From IMG/VR virus record IMGVR_UViG_3300035198_000053, positions 1-64,000 of that record: a stretch of 64,000 nt of DNA; one strand, 5' to 3'. Below are positions 45,406-54,580 of the stretch, one piece after another. The translations under genes were made by a program, and so were the position numbers. Numbering within the stretch: position 1 is the first letter of the stretch; each line of letters opens with the position of its first letter. The DNA comes from a virus. Under the pieces are notes generated by a model that was not told the DNA's origin, ran no database searches, and was given only the letters and a program-made list of their open reading frames with translations.

Positions 45406-46338
45406 ATGGCTAAAGGAAAAGCGATTTCTTTCTTCGGGAACGGCCTCGGAAACATGGTGATGCTCATGCCAGCGCTGGCAGCCATGAGCACTCTCACCGA
45501 AACCGGGAAAATCGACATCGTTCTCGATGATCGATGGCGGGATATGCGCAGACCCGCCGTAGAGGAGATACTTTTCAACTGGAAGGTGATCGACAGAGTG
45601 ATAAGCTGGCCCAGGGAGACCTTCGACCCTCGGGAATATGACCTCTGGTACTACAGCGGCCATGGGAACGGAAGCTGCCAGATAGTGGACCTGTTCATCC
45701 AGAAGCTCAGGTACGTCGTGGCGAAGCCGAGCTGGCGAGGATCTAAGATGCACGAGAGCAACCACTACATGGAGGTTGCCTACGCCCAGGGGTACGAAGG
45801 ACCGGTCCCAGAGGTCAATTTCCCCCTAGCGGATGGTCCTATCCTCGACCTACCTCATCCCATTATCGGGCTTTGCAACGGCTGGTTCCGGGGGACTAAA
45901 TATTGGGAGAAAAAGGGGTGGCCGCATTTCGAGCGTCTTAGCAGCGTCCTGAAGATGTATTTCCCCGGGGGGGCCTTGGTAGGAGTAGGACTAGAGGGCG
46001 AACTGCCCACGGGCACGCGCCTGGACGCAGACTATGGGGGTAAATTGACGATATTGCAGACGGCGAAGGTTATTTCACAGATTGACCTGCTCATAACGAC
46101 GGACACCGGCAACATGCACATAGCCGACACGCTGGACGTGCCTCTGATCGCGTTGTTCGGGCCGACGCTGACGACCAAGAACAGGCCAATAGGAAAGAGA
46201 TCCCACGTTCTGACGGCGAGCATGGAGTGCGTGCCCTGCCAGGACACGCGGGCGTTTTCTTCGTGCGAGAAGGCCATCTGCATGGAGGAGATCAAGTCGG
46301 GGGACGTGATGGCCGTCGCCAGGGAGATGCTGAGATGA
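45406..46338 (+). CDS. GT9 (heptosyltransferase-like) glycosyltransferase
   Basis: GLGNMV, KGWPHF, TTDTGNMHIA, ALFGPT, CVPCQ...CM. Confidence 0.9.
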   Translation: MAKGKAISFFGNGLGNMVMLMPALAAMSTLTETGKIDIVLDDRWRDMRRPAVEEILFNWKVIDRVISWPRETFDPREYDLWYYSGHGNGSCQIVDLFIQKLRYVVAKPSWRGSKMHESNHYMEVAYAQGYEGPVPEVNFPLADGPILDLPHPIIGLCNGWFRGTKYWEKKGWPHFERLSSVLKMYFPGGALVGVGLEGELPTGTRLDADYGGKLTILQTAKVISQIDLLITTDTGNMHIADTLDVPLIALFGPTLTTKNRPIGKRSHVLTASMECVPCQDTRAFSSCEKAICMEEIKSGDVMAVAREMLR

Positions 46339-47141
46339 AACTTATCAGCTTTTACGAGATCCAGCAGTGGCTCGACCCGACCGTGAGGGATACAGATGTG
46401 GCCAAGATGACCATCGTCGAGGCCGGGGTAGTCGCCGATTTTGAGAAGGAAATAGGGGCCAAACTGGTGGGCGTCTCCGCCGAGATTGTCTATCTCGACG
46501 GTGGGAGAAATTACCTGTATCTTCCCCACTTCAACGTGTCAAATGTGAGTGTCTACGAGGATACGGATAGGGCCTTCGGGAGCGACACGCTGCTTGACTC
46601 CGAAGACTACCAGGTCTATGCCGAGAGAGGGGTGCTCAGGATAGGAAACCTAAAAAAGAGCGACGGGGATGGGATCTCGCAGCTGGAGCGATATCCTGCG
46701 GAATGGCTCTTCGATGATTTCTTCGGGGGTCGGCAGCAGTTTTTGTCCGGCCGCCAAGTGATCAAGGTACAGTATGATGGCGGATACTCACCGGCGAGCG
46801 TGGTCGTGGGTACGGATTCGAAGTTCTACACGTGCTTCATCTCTCATACCGCGGCCAGTGCGAACAAACCCATAACCGGGGCCAACTACTCCGCCTACTG
46901 GGTGCAAGGGGGAGCAGATGGCGCGACATGGACCTCCGGGGCCGCATATTCCACGGGGGGTCTCCCGGAAGACCTCAAGTTGGCACTCCTTGAACAGATC
47001 AGCTACGTGTGGAGGCGCAGAAACGATCCCGGCCTGTCCTCTGTCACATACCCGGACGGGTCGGTGAACAAATTCCAACTGAAAAAATTCCTCTCCCAGG
47101 TGCAGGTTACCCTGGACGCCTACAGGCGGACGGCGATATGA
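46335..47141 (+). CDS. head-tail connector (gp6/gp15-like) with inserted domain
   Basis: YLDG, IKVQYDGGY, LPEDLKLAL, LDAYRR. Confidence 0.75.
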   Translation: MKLISFYEIQQWLDPTVRDTDVAKMTIVEAGVVADFEKEIGAKLVGVSAEIVYLDGGRNYLYLPHFNVSNVSVYEDTDRAFGSDTLLDSEDYQVYAERGVLRIGNLKKSDGDGISQLERYPAEWLFDDFFGGRQQFLSGRQVIKVQYDGGYSPASVVVGTDSKFYTCFISHTAASANKPITGANYSAYWVQGGADGATWTSGAAYSTGGLPEDLKLALLEQISYVWRRRNDPGLSSVTYPDGSVNKFQLKKFLSQVQVTLDAYRRTAI

Positions 47142-47773
47142 GCGAGGTGATCCTTGAGAGCAAGCTCGACCAGGTTCAGCCGAACCTCGCGAGGAAGGTG
47201 ATTAAGCAACTCGATATCGAATCGCGCTGGCTACAGAGATATATCCGCGAGCAGCACATGACGGGGCCGACCTCGGAAAGTGCGGTGAGCGCGAGAAGCG
47301 GCACACTCAGAGCGTCTGTGATGGCGCTAAAGGCGGAGATTCAGGGGGAATCTATACGCGCTGGTGTCTCAATGGGCGGGCCGACCCCTTCCGGCGCGTA
47401 CGTCCGGGTCCATGTGGGGCCGAGGGGACAGATGACGAGTATAGTCCCCCGCTATTCCAACTGGCTGACCATTCCTCTCGCTGCTGCGAAGACGGCGGCG
47501 GGTGTGGCCAAATCCGCCTATGCGCTCAAGGGGCCGTGGGGCGATACTTTCGTAAGGAGATCGAAAGCAGGGAATCTGATCGTTTTCGGCAAATTGGCTT
47601 ACACGAAGGGTGCGAGGGCCGGGCAGACGCACGGGGAGATAGTACCGCTTTTCGTCCTCAAAAAGATGGTCCGCATCCCGGCGAGGATACATCCGGAGGA
47701 GATAATCGACGCCTTCTCACTTAAGGTTCAAGGGGACCTGCAGGCGATAGGGATAAACATGACGGGAGCATGA
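47138..47773 (+). CDS. neck/tail-completion protein (HK97 gp10-like)
   Basis: RSGTLRAS, WLTIPL, IPAR; position. Confidence 0.65.
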   Translation: MSEVILESKLDQVQPNLARKVIKQLDIESRWLQRYIREQHMTGPTSESAVSARSGTLRASVMALKAEIQGESIRAGVSMGGPTPSGAYVRVHVGPRGQMTSIVPRYSNWLTIPLAAAKTAAGVAKSAYALKGPWGDTFVRRSKAGNLIVFGKLAYTKGARAGQTHGEIVPLFVLKKMVRIPARIHPEEIIDAFSLKVQGDLQAIGINMTGA

Positions 47774-47774
47774 G

Positions 47775-48212
47775 ATGACGACACCCGCGAAGACAGCGTT
47801 CATGACCCTAGTGACAAATGCGCTGGCGGCGATAACATCCATAAAAGATACCCATCCGCGCCCCGCAATGCCCACGGATTGGGACAGCGCGAAGCTGCCC
47901 ATGACGTGCTACAGCTACACGGTTTCAAGGAAGACGAGAAAAAACCGGATTCAGCAATGCGAATTCAACCTGCAATTTGAAACGCTCATCATGAGGCAGT
48001 CCGACACGCTGGACGCGGAGACGGTCGCGGAGTCCATACTCGCGGAGATAGACACGAAGATTGTTGCCATTGAGGGTCACAAACCCTGCATCAAGATCAA
48101 TCCGTTGCAGGACGACATCCTCTATTTTGACGACAAGCTGGACAAGGTCATGGCGATATCGGTCTATGAGGTGACAGTTGCCCATGAATATGGGGATCAG
48201 ACTGCATATTAG
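47775..48212 (+). CDS. tail terminator-like protein
   Basis: Size and position before the tail tube. Confidence 0.6.
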   Translation: MTTPAKTAFMTLVTNALAAITSIKDTHPRPAMPTDWDSAKLPMTCYSYTVSRKTRKNRIQQCEFNLQFETLIMRQSDTLDAETVAESILAEIDTKIVAIEGHKPCIKINPLQDDILYFDDKLDKVMAISVYEVTVAHEYGDQTAY

Positions 48213-48245
48213 CTGATCCGAACTGAAGGGAACCCCTAACAAAGA

Positions 48246-48283
48246 GGCCCGGTTTCACGGTTTGTGAGTCGGGCTTTTTTATT
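48246..48283 (+). terminator. intrinsic terminator
   Basis: ggcccggtttcac-ggttt-gtgagtcgggct plus T run. Confidence 0.75.
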
Positions 48284-48311
48284 GGCCAAAACCAAAAGGA
48301 GGAGGAATAAG

Positions 48312-48848
48312 ATGGAAAAGAAATCGCATGATTTGGGTCTGTTTAGACTCGGTAAGGGCATCGTCAAGTTCGACCGGTTCGACGAGAACGGCCTACCGAC
48401 GGGGCTGCGGGACCTGGGGAACGTCCCCAGCTTGACCATAACCCCCACGGAAGAGGTGATCGAGCACTACACTTCAAGGGAAGGCACCAAAGTCCTGGAT
48501 ACGATAATCCCTGTCAGTATCAAAGCCACGTTCAAGTTCACGCTGGAGGAATTCGACAGGGAGAACCTCCGCATGGCCCTCTTTGGATCTACGGGTTCAT
48601 GGGCGATCCACGGGTTGACCTCGTTTATCGTTGAGGGGCTTCTTGACTTCTGGCCGACGAACGAGCAGGGGCCGAAGTACCACCTTCAGGTCTGGAAGGC
48701 GCGGCTGCGGCCCACTGGCGATATCGGGCTGATCGACGACACGGCGCTCGGCAAGTTGGATTTCGAGTTCGTGGCGCAGAATGACGCCGCAAACCATCCA
48801 CCCCCCGCCAGCCCGTACTTCGACTACACGCTGATTGGTGAGTCATAA
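48312..48848 (+). CDS. major tail tube protein
   Basis: RDLGNVP, EHYTSREG, TLEEFDRENL, LRPTGDIGLI. Confidence 0.85.
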   Translation: MEKKSHDLGLFRLGKGIVKFDRFDENGLPTGLRDLGNVPSLTITPTEEVIEHYTSREGTKVLDTIIPVSIKATFKFTLEEFDRENLRMALFGSTGSWAIHGLTSFIVEGLLDFWPTNEQGPKYHLQVWKARLRPTGDIGLIDDTALGKLDFEFVAQNDAANHPPPASPYFDYTLIGES

Positions 48849-48861
48849 GAGGGGAGGGACC

Positions 48862-49287
48862 ATGACCGAAGGGCAAGAGAAAAAGAGCGAGGAGGAGGTC
48901 CTGTTCCCCGGCATCGAGATATATGGCCACACTGTGATGCCGTGGACGTGGGACCAATTCGGTCTAGTTGCTGTTGACCTATTGAGGATGAAGAACATCC
49001 TTAAGGGTGGCGGAGATCTTCAGGCCGAGGTATTCAAAATCGGGGCTGACACTGACCCCGATGCAATTTTCCAGACCCTCGCCGCATTGATCCCCCTTAT
49101 CCCGGCGAAGGAAATCATATCAAAAACCCTTGATATTGACGCCGGGGAAGTTGCCAAGTGGCCGTTCGACAAGACATCCGGGATTCTGGTTGTTGTCGTC
49201 CTTCAGAATATCAGGCAAATAAAAAACTTGTTTGGCCTCGCCCCGCTCGTGATGAAACTGTGGGAAAGGTTTCTGACAACCCCCTGA
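48862..49287 (+). CDS. tail assembly chaperone (gpG-like)
   Basis: Between tube and tape measure; slippery A AAA AAC at 49221-49227. Confidence 0.75.
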   Translation: MTEGQEKKSEEEVLFPGIEIYGHTVMPWTWDQFGLVAVDLLRMKNILKGGGDLQAEVFKIGADTDPDAIFQTLAALIPLIPAKEIISKTLDIDAGEVAKWPFDKTSGILVVVVLQNIRQIKNLFGLAPLVMKLWERFLTTP

Positions 49288-49586
49288 GCGAGGCCTTCCA
49301 CGTTTTGATATCTGAGGGATACGGGACACTGCGGGACCTGTGCTCCAAATACACTATGGAACAGGTCGAGCACTTCGCACGCATCGCGCTGAGGAACAAG
49401 CAATACAAGTTGATTGATCTCGCCCTCGCCACCAACACGGCGATGTGGGGAGATGAACGGTCCTGGAAAAGATTCATGGACAGAATGCTCCCCAAAAAAG
49501 AGGAATACGCAAAGGAACCAAAAGTGGCGAGCAAGCAGGATATGGAATCTCTGAAGAATTGGAGCAAGGGCAGATATGGCAAATGA
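49221..49586 (+). CDS. -1 frameshift extension of the tail chaperone (gpGT-like)
   Basis: The -1 frame is open from the slippery site to the tape-measure start. Confidence 0.7.
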   Translation, partial: KKLVWPRPARDETVGKVSDNPLSEAFHVLISEGYGTLRDLCSKYTMEQVEHFARIALRNKQYKLIDLALATNTAMWGDERSWKRFMDRMLPKKEEYAKEPKVASKQDMESLKNWSKGRYGK

Positions 49587-52212
49587 GCAGGAAATCGCCA
49601 AACTCATCATCCGCATAACGGCAGAGACGGCGCAGATGAAGGCGCAGTTGGCGGATATTCAGTCCCAGCTCAAGCAGAACGTTATCGGCACGCAGAGCAT
49701 GCTGTCCGATCTCAAGAGTGCTTGGGTGAAAACGAGCGCCGAGATTATGGCGGCGTACCTTATGGTGAGAAAGGCGATCGACTGGACTGAGATCGGCGCG
49801 AAGGCGATGGAGGCCGAGGAGACCTACGGGAGCGTGACGCGGAGCATGGCCGTGGATGGGGAAAAACTGATCGACCGGCTCAAGCAGGTCGGATACGTCT
49901 TCGTTGACACGACGGAACTCATGTCGAAGTCATCTCGCCTCCTGATGGAGGGCATCAAGCCGGACCAGATCGTAATGATGATGCAAGCGGCGGTCGTCGC
50001 GGCCAAGAAGATGCAGATCGACGTCTCGGATGCCTTTGATCAGATAACCGAGGCTGTCGTGCGGTTCAACATCCGTGGGGGACTGAAATCCATCTTTCCG
50101 ATGGACGTAAATCAGGTGTTCGATGATTTTGCCGCTAGGTCGGGCCGAATGGGCAAGGATCTGAACGACATGGGCAAGCGCCAGGCCATGCTTGAGGAGC
50201 TGAGCAAGAGGCTTACCGATCAGACGCAAAAGATGGGGAACGCCTTCGACCCTGACGCCAGCATGAAAATCCAGAAGTTTAAGAGCGCCCTGAGCGGGCT
50301 TGTCGAGATGATGGGGACGGCCCTCGCCAACGTCTTCAGCATGGTCTACGACCAGTTCGACGAGTCCATGAAGACGCTCGAATACCTGTGGGGGAAGATA
50401 CCGGAGCGCTTCAAGGCGACAGTCGTGGACGCCCTCCGGAAGCTTTGGACCGAGATATACGGCGCGGAGACGGCCAACAAGGCGATCGACCAACTGACGA
50501 AATTCATAAGCATGATGACGGAGAAGGGGGTACCTAAAACCGCCGCTCCGGGTGTGCCTCCTCCGCCCAAGCCTGAAGACGTGACGGGTCTTTTCAGGGA
50601 GAAGACGGTCGAAGAGAAGGCGCGGGAAAGGCTCGACACCCTCAAGTCGATGATGGAGCAGGGGATCGACATCCGCAAAGCCGCGCTTGAGAAGGGGAAG
50701 GCGATAACCGAGGAACTTCTTGCAGTCGAGGAGAAGGCATGGCAGGAGGGCGTGACCTCCGAGAAGGAATACAACCGGAACCGAGCCGAGCTGGAGCAGG
50801 CCTCGATCAAAGATCAGATGTCGGCAGTGAGCGACGAAATCAACATCACGAAGATAGGCTACCGCGAAATGCTGGAGGTCGTTGGCCTAACGGACGACGA
50901 GAGGATAAAGCTGCGCGCGGAGAGGGACAAGCAGTTCCTGGCCCTAGAAACGCAGTATTTCGTCCTTGAGCAGCAAATGCAGAAGTCCTCGATCGACGCG
51001 TCGATAAAGGCTACGGATCTTGAATACAGGATGCGTCTCCAAAATGGCGAGAACCTTCTGAAGCTCATGCAGGAGCAGGCAGACCGCGAGAAGGAGATAA
51101 ATGCAGAGAAGATCTCCATGGGCATCATAAGGCCCGGCTACGCGGCGATCCAGGAGATGGACAATCAGATCAAGATCAACAACGCAACCGTATTGAACCT
51201 GCAGCTTCAGCGCGACCTGGCTAAGAACGACGCGGAGAAACTTGCGAAGGAGGGCGAGATCAGCCGCCTCCAGGAACAGCAGAACACCCTTGCCGAGAAA
51301 AGGGAACTGATGGTCAGACAGGAGGCGAAGGATCTGAACGACCTCTATCTCAACACGAAGAAGAGCGTCGAGGAGCTTCGGGGCGGATACGTAGCGATGA
51401 AAGACGCGGACCTTCAACTTCTTGATATCGAGCGGAAGCGGATCCTTGTGCTTGAGGGGATCGACGAGAAAACCCGGAACATCCTCTTGCAGGAGAATCA
51501 GCTCAAAGAACAGAGCATCAAGGCCGAAAGAGATATGGATGCTGCGGCCCTCATCGGCATTGGAACTAAACAGGCGGCGATAGACGCGAATACGGTCCTT
51601 GCTAACCAGTATAAGAACCTGTTGCCTGCCGCGATCGATGTCGCACTCAATACGGAAAGCAGTCTCTTCGATAGCGCCATCAGGGGAACATTCGACTGGA
51701 GAACTGCGCTGAGAGGCGTGATAGCGGACTTCTCCAATCTGGTAAAACAGATCGGTCTCGCCATCGCGAAGCAAGAAATTCTCAACGCCTTGAGCAAGGG
51801 TGGAGGAGGAGGCGCGGGGGCAGGCGGGATCGCGGGGTTCCTCGGCAGCATATTGGAAGGGATTTTCGGGGGCGGTGCTGCGGCTGAATTACCCTCTGCC
51901 GGTGAGGCTGGCGCGACCTCCGCGCTAATCGCTCTTCCAGCCCAGCACGGACTCTCGGGCTGGACACGGGGAATTACGCCGTTCCTGGCGGGCGAAGGCG
52001 GGGAGTCGGAGTTCGTCTCAATCACGCCCAAATCGGCATTCTCCGCTCAGGCTGCGGCAAGAGGGAAGGGCGTAAACGGGGAGATCCGCGTAACCCTCGA
52101 CCCTGGACTTGTGGCACAGTGGAAGCCGGGGCCAGATGAAATGGATCAGACCATCGCCGTAAAGGTAAGGCAGAAGGGCGCGACCTACCGGGCGCTGAAG
52201 GAGACGAGATGA
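49576..52212 (+). CDS. tail tape measure protein
   Basis: 878 aa, helical; LIIRITAET N-terminus; LAGEGGESEF C-terminus. Confidence 0.88.
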   Translation: MANEQEIAKLIIRITAETAQMKAQLADIQSQLKQNVIGTQSMLSDLKSAWVKTSAEIMAAYLMVRKAIDWTEIGAKAMEAEETYGSVTRSMAVDGEKLIDRLKQVGYVFVDTTELMSKSSRLLMEGIKPDQIVMMMQAAVVAAKKMQIDVSDAFDQITEAVVRFNIRGGLKSIFPMDVNQVFDDFAARSGRMGKDLNDMGKRQAMLEELSKRLTDQTQKMGNAFDPDASMKIQKFKSALSGLVEMMGTALANVFSMVYDQFDESMKTLEYLWGKIPERFKATVVDALRKLWTEIYGAETANKAIDQLTKFISMMTEKGVPKTAAPGVPPPPKPEDVTGLFREKTVEEKARERLDTLKSMMEQGIDIRKAALEKGKAITEELLAVEEKAWQEGVTSEKEYNRNRAELEQASIKDQMSAVSDEINITKIGYREMLEVVGLTDDERIKLRAERDKQFLALETQYFVLEQQMQKSSIDASIKATDLEYRMRLQNGENLLKLMQEQADREKEINAEKISMGIIRPGYAAIQEMDNQIKINNATVLNLQLQRDLAKNDAEKLAKEGEISRLQEQQNTLAEKRELMVRQEAKDLNDLYLNTKKSVEELRGGYVAMKDADLQLLDIERKRILVLEGIDEKTRNILLQENQLKEQSIKAERDMDAAALIGIGTKQAAIDANTVLANQYKNLLPAAIDVALNTESSLFDSAIRGTFDWRTALRGVIADFSNLVKQIGLAIAKQEILNALSKGGGGGAGAGGIAGFLGSILEGIFGGGAAAELPSAGEAGATSALIALPAQHGLSGWTRGITPFLAGEGGESEFVSITPKSAFSAQAAARGKGVNGEIRVTLDPGLVAQWKPGPDEMDQTIAVKVRQKGATYRALKETR

Positions 52213-52213
52213 C

Positions 52214-53890
52214 ATGATAAGCTATTCACAAATCCAGTTGAGGAGGGGCTCGGCGGCGGAGTGGACGGAGGCGAATCCGACGCTCCTGTCCGGTGAGCCC
52301 GGGTATGAGACGGACACAAGGTTTCTGAAGATCGGGGACGGCTCCACCCCGTGGGTCACCCTGCCCTATTATCAGCAGGGGAGCGGGATTTTCGATGTCC
52401 GCAACTACTCATCCATCAATGCCGCCATTGCCGCCATCGGGTCCACGCAGGGAACCATTCTGGTCTCAACAGCGCAGACACTCACGGACGATCTCATTGT
52501 CCCGTCAACGCTCTCTCTTGTCATCCCCAAAGGGGGATCAATCGCCAAGGCGTCAAACCACACTTTGACAATCAACGGGCCGCTTGAAGCTGGGGATTAT
52601 CCGGTTTTTAGTGGTTTTAATAATGGAGATGTTACTTTTGGACCGGGGGCAGTCAAAGAAGTCCCTATTATGTGGTTTCTTCCCGCCGATTATGTCGCTG
52701 ATGGATCTATAGATTATTCGACTCAGATCCAGACGGCGGCTACAGCAGCGGCTACGGCAGGTAAACCCTTATTAATTCCTGCCGGTAAATGGCAGATCGC
52801 AGGACAGGTAGTAATGCCAGTGGGACTTAAAATATATGGATATTCCAAACATGGAACAATCATCCCTGGGACGGGATTGGCAACTCTGACCAATGGTTCT
52901 GTCATCTATTGTACCGGAACGACATTGGCCCCATTTTTATACACTTCTGGAAATCACTTTGAGGGGTTGACTTTCTATTATCCAAATCAACTTCGGACGG
53001 CAGAAACTCCAACAGTGTACCCGGCGACATTTCTTCACGCCACAGTTGGAAGTGAAGATCCTCCAATGGTTAACGTCTCCTGGAGGGATTGCCAGTTTGT
53101 TAATTCATATAAGTGGATTGACGCCTTAGTCGGGCATCTGGACTTTGAGTTCACAAACCTGGTCGGTTGCCCAATATCCATAGGAATAGAAATTGATGGT
53201 TCCGGGGGGACAGATCGCCTTAGTAATATTCACCAGTCCTGGTATTATTGGTGCCAGGCGGGAGATGCGGCGGCGACATGGATACAGGCGCATTCCTTAG
53301 GTATTCGAGTGGGAAGGGCGGATGCAATAGAGATGGATCGAATCTTTACTGCCAATCTCAATTATGGGATGCAGTTCTTTTACGGATCGGTCAATACCGC
53401 TTCCGGACCCTACGGGTATCTAAGTAGCTATTCCTCTGATGGCTGTAATGTCGGAATATTCGTTGAGGCTACACACCCAATTGGGATGGCGTTATCAAAT
53501 CCCATGATTAATGCAAAAATAGCTGGGATATGGGCGTATAGCGCAAGTTCCTATCCTGTTAATTTATCCATAACGGGGGGGAAATTCTGGGGGGCAGTCG
53601 AACGTCAGATCAGAATGGCCTCGGATGGGATCTTAAGGGTAAGTAACGTGGAGTTTTGGGATTCCACCGTTTTTCACACAACTGTTGATGTGGCTGCGTG
53701 CGATATAAGTCTGGCTAACTGCAAGTTTGAGGCGGGTGTGGCCCCTCTATACAGTGATGGGGTAATATGTAATACATTAATGCTTTCTAATAACGAATTT
53801 GGCCAAGCCCCGGTCTTAAACGCCACTCCGGCTACAATCTATAGGTACAGGGGAAACACTTATCTGGCAGACGCAGCGGGTGGCGGATGA
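52214..53890 (+). CDS. tail spike/fibre: Mtd-like N-terminal domain plus beta-helix depolymerase
   Basis: IQLRRG.AAEW...NP.L..GE.GYETDT...KIGDG; pectin-lyase-like body. Confidence 0.8.
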   Translation: MISYSQIQLRRGSAAEWTEANPTLLSGEPGYETDTRFLKIGDGSTPWVTLPYYQQGSGIFDVRNYSSINAAIAAIGSTQGTILVSTAQTLTDDLIVPSTLSLVIPKGGSIAKASNHTLTINGPLEAGDYPVFSGFNNGDVTFGPGAVKEVPIMWFLPADYVADGSIDYSTQIQTAATAAATAGKPLLIPAGKWQIAGQVVMPVGLKIYGYSKHGTIIPGTGLATLTNGSVIYCTGTTLAPFLYTSGNHFEGLTFYYPNQLRTAETPTVYPATFLHATVGSEDPPMVNVSWRDCQFVNSYKWIDALVGHLDFEFTNLVGCPISIGIEIDGSGGTDRLSNIHQSWYYWCQAGDAAATWIQAHSLGIRVGRADAIEMDRIFTANLNYGMQFFYGSVNTASGPYGYLSSYSSDGCNVGIFVEATHPIGMALSNPMINAKIAGIWAYSASSYPVNLSITGGKFWGAVERQIRMASDGILRVSNVEFWDSTVFHTTVDVAACDISLANCKFEAGVAPLYSDGVICNTLMLSNNEFGQAPVLNATPATIYRYRGNTYLADAAGGG

Positions 53891-53995
53891 TAGAGGAGAC
53901 GGATTGATTTTTGATACACCATTTTTTCAATACTACATTCGCTTAATTCTATTCTGGGGACTTGATCAATCGCCAATTAAGCTGGGGGTACAAGA

Positions 53996-54580
53996 TTGAC
54001 AGACATCCTTGACGGGGGGGCGCCGTCTGGCTTTCCCGCCTACACGGGTATCCCGTATTTCCCGATATTCGATCCGCAGGATCCGGACCCGTATACCGTA
54101 GACTGGCCCCTCAAGGAAAATCAGTTTCTGGGTCCCGAATCTGAGCGGTGCTCGAAGGAGTACAAGGTCCGAACCTGGAAAACCCGGTTCATCGCCCAGG
54201 ACAAATGGCGGAACGCGGGGACATGGCAGGCGAGCCATGCCTATTCGGTCGGTGACTGCGTCAAGGATGGGAGCTACGTCTACATGGCGGTCGAGGACGG
54301 CGTGAGTGGAGGATCGACACCATCATGGCCCACCACGGAGGAGGACACCGTCGATGACGGGAGTGTCACCTGGATCTGTTACAACAGCAGCCAGATTACA
54401 TGTCTACTCAATTTCATAGACAACCGGCAGGGGGGGGCGCAGTCGTTCTACGTCTGGATGCCTCTCATGCAGGAATGGGTACTCGCCGTGTTACCGAAGG
54501 ACCCCTTTGAGATAACGCCCGTCGGCGGAGGGATGATAAATGCGGTGTATGTCGAGATAAAATTCGAGGAGATCCAATAG
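53996..54580 (+). CDS. distal tail (gpM-like) protein with CBM-like insertion
   Basis: Position; FIDNRQGGAQSF; WQASHAYSVGD...DGSVTW insert. Confidence 0.6.
   Translation: MTDILDGGAPSGFPAYTGIPYFPIFDPQDPDPYTVDWPLKENQFLGPESERCSKEYKVRTWKTRFIAQDKWRNAGTWQASHAYSVGDCVKDGSYVYMAVEDGVSGGSTPSWPTTEEDTVDDGSVTWICYNSSQITCLLNFIDNRQGGAQSFYVWMPLMQEWVLAVLPKDPFEITPVGGGMINAVYVEIKFEEIQ

Noticed and set aside
52214-53890. Mtd-like N-terminus as evidence of a diversity-generating retroelement
   Set aside because: No reverse transcriptase or TR/VR repeat pair seen; the C-terminus is a beta-helix rather than a C-type lectin
53887-53999. Possible 31-aa ORF between tail spike and distal tail genes
   Set aside because: Weak start and no recognisable motif
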